From assembly GCA_963803805.1 (NCBI GenBank), contig CAWDOD010000011.1, positions 96,001 to 160,000 of the forward strand: a DNA stretch of 64,000 nt, read 5' to 3'. Made by a program: the position numbers and the translations under genes. The notes under the pieces are model-generated. The model had not been told where the DNA came from. It saw nothing but the letters and a program-made list of their open reading frames with translations, and did not search any database. Of this stretch, positions 38,858-48,417 are shown piece by piece (the first letter of the stretch is position 1; each line of letters begins with the position of its first letter). This stretch comes from an uncultured cyanobacterium. Its GTDB lineage: Bacteria > Cyanobacteriota > Cyanobacteriia > Cyanobacteriales > CAWCAG01.

Positions 38858-40744
38858 ATGAAAGAAAAACCTAAAAATATCTGGGCATCTAAATTTTCAC
38901 AAGTATTTGGTTTCGACTTGCGATCGCTGGCTGCTTTTCGTGTTGGTTTGGCATTAGTTATTTTAGCAGATTTGTTTACCCGTTTAGGGGATTTAACTGC
39001 CCATTATACCGATTTAGGTGTTTTACCTCGTTCTGCTTTGGAAGGGGGCATTCTTAAGCCTTGGTATTGGTCAATTCATTTGATTAGTGGGCAACCTGTA
39101 GTACAGTTTCTGATATTTTTAACCGCTATTTTAGTTACTTTGTGCCTATTAGTTGGTTATCGTACTAGGTTAGCTACTATTGCTTGTTGGGCTTTAATTG
39201 TTTCTATGCACAACCGCAATCCTGCCTTGATTTTTGCTGCGGATGATGTGTTGCGGGCTATTTTATTTTGGGCGATGTTTCTACCTTTAGGATCAGCCTA
39301 TTCATTAGATAGTGCTTTTAATAATTCCCCGAAACCTTTACCGAAACGAGTGGTTTCTGGGGCAACTATTGCTTTATTGGTACAACAATGTTTTATTTAT
39401 ATTTTTTCTGCTGCTTTTAAAACCCAAAGTCCTACTTGGTTCCCCGATTATACCGCAGTTTATTATGCCTTGAGTTTTGATCAATATGTCACTCATATAG
39501 GACGTTTTTTACTTAATTTTCCTCCCTTGTTATCCATATCTACAGCTATTACTTTAGTTTTAGAGTGGATTGGGCCATTGTTTTTATTAATACCAAATAA
39601 CCTGGTTCGTTTATTCACCGTACTAACTTTTATTGGCTTACACGCTGGCTTTGGTTTAACTTTAAATATTGGCATTTTTCCTTTCCTGAGTATTGCTACT
39701 TGGTTAGTATTTTTGCCTTCTTCTTTTTGGGATGGTTTAGCCAGGAAGTTTGCAACTCAGGAAAGGCAGGGTTTGCGAATTTATTATGATGCTGATTGCG
39801 GTTTTTGTAAGAAAGTAGTTTATATTCTGCGTACCCTCCTTATCTTGCCGGGAACACCCCTTTTATTGGCACAGGATGACCAGTCTATTTATGAAGATAT
39901 GCAGAGAATTAATTCTTGGGTTGTGGTGGATGCTAAGGGAAATCGCTATTATAAATTTGGTGCTATTGCCTATGTAGTTAGTATTTCTCCTATCTTTTTT
40001 CCTTTAGCCAAAATTTTACGCTGGCAACCGATTATGAAGGTAGGAAATAGGTTCTATGAAACCATTGCTAATAATCGCCGCAAAGCAGGATTTTTTACCA
40101 AACCTTTTAAGTTTCGCCCCCTTACAGTTCGTCCTTCTTTACTCCTTAATATTGTTACCTCTCTACTATTGATTTTAACCTTTCTTTGGAATCTACGCAG
40201 CTTTACCAACCATTTTGCTTTCCTCGATAATAAAAGCAAAACTTTTACAGCTTTGCGACGAGTTACTAATAGCAGAACCCTACAAAGAATCGATCCTTTA
40301 AGTCGTATCAGCAGATTAGACCAATCCTGGAGTATTTTTGCTCCTAGTCCCCCGAAAGATGATGGTTGGCACGTCATGCCAGGGAAACTTAAAAATGGGG
40401 AAGAGGTAGATGTTTTTCAAAATGGTGATCCAATAAATTGGAAAAAACCAACCTTAAATAAGCGCAATTCCCTCTATAAAAATATGCAATGGCGTACTTA
40501 TTTTATCAACCTTAATCGTAATATTGGTAAGAAGCTTTACCCTCACTACGGTAAGTATGTTTGTCAAAACTGGAATCAACACCATCAAGGAGAGGAAGTA
40601 TTAGAGAGTTTTGAAGTTTATTTCGTGGCAGAAGAAACAGCCGAACCAGGAAAAAAACAGAATCTAGAACGTAAAAAAGTCGGCGAATATTCTTGTTCGC
40701 AGCAAGATAAGGAAGTAAGGAAAGAAGGGCAAGAATCGGAGTAA
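38858..40744 (+). CDS. HTTM (vitamin K-dependent carboxylase-like) membrane protein with inserted DCC1-like CxxC domain
   Basis: DLRSLAAFR, LVGYRTR, YSLD, IYIFSAAFK, YYDADCGFC and LDQSWSIFAP motifs. Confidence 0.8.
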   Translation: MKEKPKNIWASKFSQVFGFDLRSLAAFRVGLALVILADLFTRLGDLTAHYTDLGVLPRSALEGGILKPWYWSIHLISGQPVVQFLIFLTAILVTLCLLVGYRTRLATIACWALIVSMHNRNPALIFAADDVLRAILFWAMFLPLGSAYSLDSAFNNSPKPLPKRVVSGATIALLVQQCFIYIFSAAFKTQSPTWFPDYTAVYYALSFDQYVTHIGRFLLNFPPLLSISTAITLVLEWIGPLFLLIPNNLVRLFTVLTFIGLHAGFGLTLNIGIFPFLSIATWLVFLPSSFWDGLARKFATQERQGLRIYYDADCGFCKKVVYILRTLLILPGTPLLLAQDDQSIYEDMQRINSWVVVDAKGNRYYKFGAIAYVVSISPIFFPLAKILRWQPIMKVGNRFYETIANNRRKAGFFTKPFKFRPLTVRPSLLLNIVTSLLLILTFLWNLRSFTNHFAFLDNKSKTFTALRRVTNSRTLQRIDPLSRISRLDQSWSIFAPSPPKDDGWHVMPGKLKNGEEVDVFQNGDPINWKKPTLNKRNSLYKNMQWRTYFINLNRNIGKKLYPHYGKYVCQNWNQHHQGEEVLESFEVYFVAEETAEPGKKQNLERKKVGEYSCSQQDKEVRKEGQESE

Positions 40745-40805
40745 GAGATTAATGGTTTGACAAGCAAAAATCGTTTATTACCTATTACCTATTACCTAAT
40801 CAGCC

Positions 40806-42293
40806 ATGCTTTTCAATTCCTACGTTTTCATCTTCATCTTCCTACCCATAACCTTAATTGGCTTTTTTAGCTTAACAAGGTTTAAATTTACCAAATTAGC
40901 AACAGTTTGGTTAACAGTTAGTTCCTTTATTTTCTACGGTTATTGGAACCCTCTCTACCTACCTTTACTCATTCTTTCTGTTGTCTTTAACCATCAAATG
41001 GGGGCGCAAATTGGTAAACTTATTGCCCAAAATAATCAGAAGCAGGCAAAGGTATTTCTTTGGGTAGGAATCATCATCAACTTATTAAGTATTGGCTATT
41101 ATAAATATGCCAATTTCTTCTTCACTTCCCTTAATGATACTTTTGGTAGCAATTTCACTATTTACCGGATAATTTTACCTTTAGGTATATCCTTCTATAC
41201 TTTTACCCAGATTGCCTATCTTGTTGATGCCTATCGAGGAGAAACCGATAAATTAAACTATGACCTTTTAACCTATAGTTTATTTGTTTCTTTTTTCCCT
41301 CAACTAATTGCAGGACCAATTCTGCGCCACGATGAACTTATTCCCCAATTCCGTAAATTAAAAAACTTCGTTTTTTCTCATAAAAACTTTGCTCTAGGTT
41401 TAGTCTTATTTAGTTTAGGGTTATGTAAAAAAGTTCTCATAGCAGATAGTGTTTCTCCTTGGGTAGCTGATATTTTTGCAAATGCTACTGAGGTTAACTT
41501 TATAGAAGCCTGGGTGGGTGCATTAAGTTATACCTTACAACTTTATTTTGATTTCTCCGGCTACTCTGATATGGCTATTGGTTTAGGATTGATGTTTAAT
41601 ATCAACTTACCAATTAACTTTAATTCTCCTTACAAAGCGACTTCTATTAGTGATTTTTGGCGACGGTGGCATATTACTTTATCTAATTTTTTGAGGGACT
41701 ATCTCTACATTCCTTTAGGAGGAAGTCGCAAAGGGGAAATACGTCGCTACTCTAATTTGATTACCACTATGTTATTAGGAGGATTGTGGCATGGTGCAGG
41801 TTGGCCTTTTGTTATTTGGGGAGGTATTCATGGACTTTATTTATCTATCAACCATGCTTGGCGCAAATATGCCTTTCCTTTACCAAAAATAGTTGCTTGG
41901 TTTATAACTTTTACAAGTGTGGTTTTTAGTTGGGTACTATTTCGTGCTGTCACTTTAAGAGATGGCATAGAGATATTAACAGCGATGGTTGGCTTGAAAG
42001 GTATAGTTGTTCCTGGAGAAGCGACGGGTAAATTAGGTTTTCTAACGAATTTTGGTATTCAACTACAGTCATGGAATAATATTACCTACCTACCAGAAAC
42101 TAACGATAGCAAAATCATCACCTTAGCAGTTCTTTTGGGATTAGTACTAGCGGTTGCTTTATTACCAAATACGCAACAAATTCTCCAAAAGCTAAAACCT
42201 ACTTGGTGGTGGGCTGTTAGCATTGGTTTGTTAACTAGCTATTGTTTACTATCCCTTAACCGTGTTTCTGAGTTCCTTTATTTCCAATTTTAA
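40806..42293 (+). CDS. MBOAT O-acyltransferase (AlgI/PatA-like) #2
   Basis: MLFNS, LPLGISFYTFTQ, FWRRWHITLS and GGLWHGA; C-terminus FLYFQF. Confidence 0.92.
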   Translation: MLFNSYVFIFIFLPITLIGFFSLTRFKFTKLATVWLTVSSFIFYGYWNPLYLPLLILSVVFNHQMGAQIGKLIAQNNQKQAKVFLWVGIIINLLSIGYYKYANFFFTSLNDTFGSNFTIYRIILPLGISFYTFTQIAYLVDAYRGETDKLNYDLLTYSLFVSFFPQLIAGPILRHDELIPQFRKLKNFVFSHKNFALGLVLFSLGLCKKVLIADSVSPWVADIFANATEVNFIEAWVGALSYTLQLYFDFSGYSDMAIGLGLMFNINLPINFNSPYKATSISDFWRRWHITLSNFLRDYLYIPLGGSRKGEIRRYSNLITTMLLGGLWHGAGWPFVIWGGIHGLYLSINHAWRKYAFPLPKIVAWFITFTSVVFSWVLFRAVTLRDGIEILTAMVGLKGIVVPGEATGKLGFLTNFGIQLQSWNNITYLPETNDSKIITLAVLLGLVLAVALLPNTQQILQKLKPTWWWAVSIGLLTSYCLLSLNRVSEFLYFQF

Positions 42294-42320
42294 ATCCGTT
42301 GCCTAATGAAGTAATGAATA

Positions 42321-43517
42321 ATGAAAACTTTCCCTGAAAAACCCGAGGTTGCTAAAACCAAAAAGATAAAACAGCGTCGAAAGAAACAGTATCGACATTT
42401 TACTCTTTTCCTTTTAGTTATTATTTTTCTACCAACTCTTACTGTTGGCCTATTTAATTGGCGGATTGATCCCTATGGCATTTTTAATAGTCCAGAAATT
42501 AAAGGTTTTAATCAAGCCAAACCAGAGAAGCTTAAAAATACAAGATTATTTAAAGCTGTGGCAATTACTAATCTCAAACCTATTACTATATTCCTTGGTT
42601 CTTCTCGCACAGACTACGGTTTAGAACCCAACCATCCTGCTTTAAAACAACCAGCTTATAATTTAGGTTTAGGGGCAGCAAGTCCCTACGAACTTCTCGC
42701 TTATTTAAAACACGCTATCTATAACCAAGAAAATATTGAACAAATTGTAATTGGTTTAGATGAGTTTATGTTTAATGCTAACAATGAAGCTAGCCCAGAT
42801 TTTTCCGAAGCCCGTTTAGAAACCAAAAATATTACTCTTCTTGATACTATCAACACCACATTTTCTCTAGATGCAATTGCGGCGAGTCAAGAAACTATTG
42901 AAGCTAGCAAAACTAATCCTAATTATGTTACCCATAGCCCAAAAGGTCAGTTACAGCTAAGATTGATTGATCGTGATAAATCGGCAACAGATTACCGCTT
43001 TAATACGAGTATTGGTTTTTATTTCAAGTCCTTTCCGCAAGATTATCAATTATCTCAAAAGCACTTGGATAACCTGAAAAAGATTGTCAAATTAGCCAAA
43101 GAAAATGATATAGCTATTAAAGCTTTCATTTCTCCTGCCCATGCCACTCGCTATGAAACAATTCGCGTTGCGGGGCATTGGCAAGAATACGAAGAAATGA
43201 AGCGACAATTAGTGAAGATTTTGCCAGTTTGGGATTTTTCTGGTTATAACAGTATCACCATAGAACCGATTAGCGAAGAGATTAAAAATTATATTGATGA
43301 TTCCCATTATCAAGAAGAAGTTGGTAATTTAGTTCTCAATCGTCTATTCAACTATGAAGTAGAAAAAGTACCAGAAGATTTTGGTGTTCTCGTTACATCC
43401 CAAAATATAGAATCCCATTTAGCTAAGATTCGTTCTCAACAAGCAATTTGGGAAGAGAATAATCCTGAAGAAGTAGAAATGGTGAAAGAGATTCAAAATA
43501 ACCTTGCTAATCGCTAA
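42321..43517 (+). CDS. Membrane-anchored SGNH-like protein (AlgJ/DltD-type partner)
   Basis: TM followed by IDPYG; LGSSR, YNLGLG and DDSHY motifs. Confidence 0.7.
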   Translation: MKTFPEKPEVAKTKKIKQRRKKQYRHFTLFLLVIIFLPTLTVGLFNWRIDPYGIFNSPEIKGFNQAKPEKLKNTRLFKAVAITNLKPITIFLGSSRTDYGLEPNHPALKQPAYNLGLGAASPYELLAYLKHAIYNQENIEQIVIGLDEFMFNANNEASPDFSEARLETKNITLLDTINTTFSLDAIAASQETIEASKTNPNYVTHSPKGQLQLRLIDRDKSATDYRFNTSIGFYFKSFPQDYQLSQKHLDNLKKIVKLAKENDIAIKAFISPAHATRYETIRVAGHWQEYEEMKRQLVKILPVWDFSGYNSITIEPISEEIKNYIDDSHYQEEVGNLVLNRLFNYEVEKVPEDFGVLVTSQNIESHLAKIRSQQAIWEENNPEEVEMVKEIQNNLANR

Positions 43518-43635
43518 TTGCTATATGTAAGGGCTGGTTTGAGTGGAAACTATGATTTCAACATCAAATAAAATAAACTCGCCCCAGTCACCTAGTTGAA
43601 CAAAAATCCCATTTTCTATTTTTAAAAACTCCGGA

Positions 43636-44901
43636 GTGGTTTTTATATTTGTTAGTCAACAGGGATATATAATAACTAATCAACAAACCTCAAACCTTGT
43701 CAACTTGCTTCTACCTTCCCCTTCAGGTTCTTTCCAAATCAATCTTGTCTCTACTTCTAAAAAGAAACTTTCCCTAATTTTACCTACCTATAATGAAAGC
43801 AAAAATCTTCAGTTCGTTATTTCCCAGCTAATTAGTTTATTAGACAGTAAGTTACCAGAAAACTACGAACTCATTGTCGTTGACGATGATAGCCCTGACA
43901 AAACCTGGAAAATTGCTCAATCTTTGCTGCCGAAATATTCTCAACTCAAAGTAATTCGCCGTCAGGGAGAAAAGGGACTTTCTACTGCGGTAATTCGTGG
44001 TTGGCAAGCATCCCAAGGAGACATATTGGGGGTTATAGATGCTGATTTACAACATCCCCCAGAGATCCTGGTTTCGATGGTAAACACTATTGAAGAAGGA
44101 AGAGATTTAGTAATTGCTAGTCGCCATATAGAAGGAGGAGGTGTCAGCGACTGGAGTTTTGGGAGAAGATTTTTGTCTCGCGGCGCACAAACCATTGGCT
44201 TAGTAATTTTACCAGAAGTTGTTGGTAAAGTATCTGATCCCATGAGTGGCTATTTTTTGGTGAAGAGAGAGGCGATCGCTCAGCAAAAATTAAACCCGCG
44301 AGGTTATAAGATTCTCATTGAAGTGTTAGCCCGTTGCCATATTAGTAAAATAGCTGAAGTAGGCTATATTTTTCAAGAACGTCAAGCAGGTGAGAGTAAA
44401 GTAACCTACCAACAATATTTAGACTACCTCGTACATTTAATTGTTTTACGCCTCTATTTATGGCAAGTTAATCGCTTTATACGCTTCGGTTTAGTGGGTT
44501 TAACTGGTGTATTTGTAGATATGAGTATACTTTACCTATTAAGCGATCCTCACACCTTAGCTTGGGGGCTAACTCGTAGCAAAATTATTGCTGGGGAAGT
44601 AGCAATTATCAACAATTTCTTGTGGAATGATGCTTGGACATTTGCAGATATTGCTATCAAACAAATAGGTTGGCAACAACGTTTGAAACGCCTCTTGAAA
44701 TTCAACCTGATTTGCTTGCTAGGCTTATTTCTTAATGTCGTAATCCTCAACCTCTTATTCAACTACTTAGGTTTCAACAACTTCTCGACTGGCAGATATA
44801 TAGCTAACCTCATAGCAATAGCTATCGTTACTGGGTGGAATTTTTGGCTTAATCTTAAATTGAGTTGGCGAGTAACCCAGGTAAATAGCAAGAAAACTTA
44901 G
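43636..44901 (+). CDS. GT2 polyprenyl-phosphate glycosyltransferase fused to a GtrA domain (start uncertain)
   Basis: PTYNE, VDDDSPD, DADLQHPP and SDPMSG; C-terminal four-TM GtrA segment (RFGLVG..NNFLWN). Confidence 0.85.
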   Translation: MVFIFVSQQGYIITNQQTSNLVNLLLPSPSGSFQINLVSTSKKKLSLILPTYNESKNLQFVISQLISLLDSKLPENYELIVVDDDSPDKTWKIAQSLLPKYSQLKVIRRQGEKGLSTAVIRGWQASQGDILGVIDADLQHPPEILVSMVNTIEEGRDLVIASRHIEGGGVSDWSFGRRFLSRGAQTIGLVILPEVVGKVSDPMSGYFLVKREAIAQQKLNPRGYKILIEVLARCHISKIAEVGYIFQERQAGESKVTYQQYLDYLVHLIVLRLYLWQVNRFIRFGLVGLTGVFVDMSILYLLSDPHTLAWGLTRSKIIAGEVAIINNFLWNDAWTFADIAIKQIGWQQRLKRLLKFNLICLLGLFLNVVILNLLFNYLGFNNFSTGRYIANLIAIAIVTGWNFWLNLKLSWRVTQVNSKKT

Positions 44902-45044
44902 CTAGAGAGGAACTCTAAAAGTAAATCAAACGATCACAATTTCATCATAAAATATGAACTGCCAACCATACACAAATTACGAAAATGACGATAAACAAAA
45001 TTTTGCATTGTATATCTAACTTTCTCTACTTTCAGTTTTAAGCA

Positions 45045-46215
45045 ATGAAAAAAACTTTTCGCCAATATCGTCAATATAGTCTAATTTTTTTCACTAGTGT
45101 TTGCATCCCTCTATTTGGTGTAGGTTTATTTAATATTATTATTAATCCCTACGATGTATTTAGCTCTTCTGATATTCCTGGTATTAATCACGCTAAAGTC
45201 AATCAAGATAATAATGATAGGCTATCAAAAGCCACAGATATTACTCGTATTAAACCCATAACTATATTATTAGGTTCTTCTCGTACTAAACAAGGTTTAA
45301 ATCCGAGATCATCCTCAAATAGCAAAGCAGAAACCGACTTATAACTTGGCAATTAATGGCCCCAATATGTATGAGGTTAAACGCTACTTAGAACACGCTA
45401 TTGCTAATCAAGAAAACTTACAAACAGTCGTCCTTGGTGTGGACTTTTTTATGTTCAACGCCAATCTAGCAAATCAGCCTGGCTTTTCAGAAGCCAGATT
45501 AGGTAAACGCCATCTCATTGTGCAAGATTTTATTAATATTGTCTTTTCTATAGATGCTTTTAATGCTAGCAAAGAAACATTATTAGAAAGTAGAAAAGAA
45601 GCATATAAAAATGACAATTATGGAGAAAATGGCTTTCAACCCAATCGCAAAGCTGATGATGGCGAAACAAAATGGCGATTTGAACAATCTATCAAGCTTT
45701 ATTTTGAGTTACATTCTGATTATGATTTTTCCTCAGCATATTTTGCGAGTTTCCAAGAAGCAGTTAAGCTTTGTCAAGAAAATAACATTGATTTAAAAGT
45801 TTTCATTTCTCCAGCCCATGCTACCCAGTGGGAAGCTATTAGAACAACAGGACATTGGCAAGTATTTGAGGAGTGGAAAAAGAAATTGGTTGCAGTTGCG
45901 CCAGTGTGGGATTTTTCTGGTTATAACTCAATTACGACAGAACATATCAAAGCTAAAATGAATAATTATTCTGATAACTCTCACTATAACAAAGCCATTG
46001 GAGATTTAATATTAAATCGTATTTTGAGCTATCAAGAAACAGAAGTACCTGAAGACTTTGGTGTCTTATTAACCTCCGAAAATATTGATTCTCACTTAGA
46101 AAAAATTCGTACCGATAGGGAAAATTGGGTAAAGAATAATCCAGAAGAATTCAAATTGGTACAAAGAATTAAACACCAACAAGAAGCGGCAGAAAATCCT
46201 CAAAGAGATAAGTAA
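45045..46215 (+). pseudogene. SGNH-like paralog of 42321..43517, +1 frameshift near 45305 (or sequencing error)
   Basis: Removing one base from AATCCGAGATCAT restores GLNPDHPQ..TYNLAING, colinear with the paralog's GLEPNHP..AYNLGLG. Confidence 0.8.
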
Positions 46216-46347
46216 TTAAGTTGAAAATCGACAGAGTGAGCTGTTACATATTTAAAGTAGGTTTTATTAAGTTTACCTAATTTCCCACAAATTATTGACT
46301 ATTGCCTTCCCCTAGTAACCAACTCTTTATATCTAAAAACCTGCTCA

Positions 46348-47031
46348 TTACTTCCTACCATACCAATCCCTTAACTTACTAGGGGAAACTCCCAAAAAGT
46401 AACCTATAATTGCAACTTGATTAATTAAAGTCGTCTTGAAAACTCCCAACTTTAACCAACGTCTTCCTGAAGTAATTACCTTAGCAGGGACAATATTTAC
46501 TTTCCCTAACTTCCTCAACTGACGCATCAATTCAAAATCTTCCATAATTGGTAAATTAGGAAAACCGCCTACTTCTTGAAACACAGAAGCTTTGAGGAAA
46601 ATAGCCTGATCTCCGTAGGGCATACCCAAAAATTGCGATCGCAGGTTAGCCATCTTTTCTACTAACCTAACCCCAAGCTGATCAGCATCAATTCCGAGTT
46701 GAAAAGCCCCGGCAATAGTATATGGTTTTGCCAGGGCAGAATTTACTAAATCTTTGTAACCATAAGGTAAATAACTATCTCCGTGTAGAAATAGCAAAAT
46801 ATCTCCTTTCGCTATTGCTGCACCAACATTCATTTGCACTGCCCTACCAGGGGAAGAAATAATAACCTCAACTCCCATAGCTTGAGCTAGCTTTACCGTA
46901 GCATCTTCACTGCCTCCATCCACTACAATAACCTCAATTCCTGCTGCTTCTTTTACCCTATCAACTGTTCTTTCAATCGCTGCTGCTTCATTTAAAACAG
47001 GAATAATTACTGAGATTTGGGCAACAGTCAT
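46348..47031 (-). CDS. GT2 glycosyltransferase, TIGR04283-like
   Basis: ISVIIPVLNE, GRAVQMN, FLHGD, PYGDQAIF and SGRRW motifs; ATG 47031. Confidence 0.85.
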   Translation of the reverse strand: MTVAQISVIIPVLNEAAAIERTVDRVKEAAGIEVIVVDGGSEDATVKLAQAMGVEVIISSPGRAVQMNVGAAIAKGDILLFLHGDSYLPYGYKDLVNSALAKPYTIAGAFQLGIDADQLGVRLVEKMANLRSQFLGMPYGDQAIFLKASVFQEVGGFPNLPIMEDFELMRQLRKLGKVNIVPAKVITSGRRWLKLGVFKTTLINQVAIIGYFLGVSPSKLRDWYGRK

Positions 47032-47067
47032 AATTAAGTAATAGCTAATAAACAATGGGTAATATGG

Positions 47068-47194
47068 TAAGCCGTTAGGCATTTAATTGACTTATTAGGT
47101 TTGATGGGGAGATAGGGAGATAGGGAGATGGGGGGAGGGTTTTAGGGCTTATTTCCTAGTTGAGTAATACACAGTTTAAATGCACATCAGCTTA
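47068..47194. mobile_element. Degenerate MITE-like element
   Basis: Ends TAAGCCGTTAGGCATTTAA / TTAAATGCACATCAGCTTA are 15/19 inverted matches, enclosing GGGAGAT repeats. Similar half-sites occur at 14438 and 46238. Confidence 0.45.
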
Positions 47195-47327
47195 ATAGGT
47201 TAATAATATTTTCTCTATTATTATATTATGTAGGTTATAACTTCTTCCTTTTAAAAAACACTTACTGAAACCCTGTAAAGTTTTAACTTACTAGATGCGA
47301 GAAGGCTTACGCCAATAACTTTCAATA

Positions 47328-48212
47328 ATGCCTGATATTAATAAACTTCTCAAACAACTTGCTAGTCAAGAAGAAGCATTACAAAACACTCAATTTCTGG
47401 CCCCTTGTGTAGCTGGTGGTTCTCTACGTACCTCTGTTGCTAAGATAATCTACACCTTTACTCCTCAGCCCCAAAACTTTACTGGCTGGGGAATTTTCCA
47501 GGCTGTTAACCCTCAAATTGCCAAATTACTTGCAGAAGCTAGCTTACCCCAAATAACCTCTTACTTAGAATTACTACCTCCATTACGCCTGCGCCTTGCC
47601 TATCAAATAAAGCAACAAACTTGGCTAGCTTATCCCATTAACGAATCAGATATGCAACAGCGTTTCGCTAAAGCCAAACCCATAGTGGTACATTTGGTAG
47701 ATCAAGGAGGGCAATTTGAAGCCATCACTGCCCGTCTCCAAGGTTCCTATTGTTGGTTTGAAACTATAGATCGTCGTGCCAAGCCGCAACCCACAGAAAC
47801 CTTAGCTACGTATTTACAACAGGAAACCTGCCCTGAAGAAATAAAATTCCCTGGCTTAACCCCAGAAATGCTTACAACTTACCAATTAGCCTGGGGAAAA
47901 ACAAAAAACGCCCTAATCCAAAAACAACACCGCCAGCAAGTGCAGGGAAAGGCACTAAAGCAATCATCACCTCAAAACTCAGAACTTAGGTTGCAACAAG
48001 CCTTACAACAGGGAGGAGGTGAATTGAGAACATACCGCGATCGCACTGATTTTTGGCAAGTAGAATGGATAACCACAGATGGGCAACTCCACACCTCCGC
48101 AATATCTAAAGAGGATCTTACCGTAGTTAGCGCTGGAATTTGCCTGAGTGGACGCGATCACGATTTTGATCTCCAATCCTTAGTTGGGGTTATAGAACAG
48201 GAGTATGATTAA
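47328..48212 (+). CDS. Hypothetical protein
   Basis: 294-aa ORF with motif-like segments FLAPC, GWGIF and SAGICLSGRDHDFDLQSLVGV. Confidence 0.75.
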   Translation: MPDINKLLKQLASQEEALQNTQFLAPCVAGGSLRTSVAKIIYTFTPQPQNFTGWGIFQAVNPQIAKLLAEASLPQITSYLELLPPLRLRLAYQIKQQTWLAYPINESDMQQRFAKAKPIVVHLVDQGGQFEAITARLQGSYCWFETIDRRAKPQPTETLATYLQQETCPEEIKFPGLTPEMLTTYQLAWGKTKNALIQKQHRQQVQGKALKQSSPQNSELRLQQALQQGGGELRTYRDRTDFWQVEWITTDGQLHTSAISKEDLTVVSAGICLSGRDHDFDLQSLVGVIEQEYD

Positions 48213-48417
48213 ATTCAGATGATTCAATGGAAAACTTTGACTTTAATTTACCGAAATAGCCAAGAAGAAAGCGTAGGATTATAAGAACAGGGAGCAGGGA
48301 GCAGGAAAGAGCTACTGATAACTATTCAGCTTGCCGTTGCCGTTAGGCATCATTGATAACTGATAACTGATAAGACAGGGCATGAAGTAGATAGTTTAAA
48401 TCTGGTTAAAAGTAATT

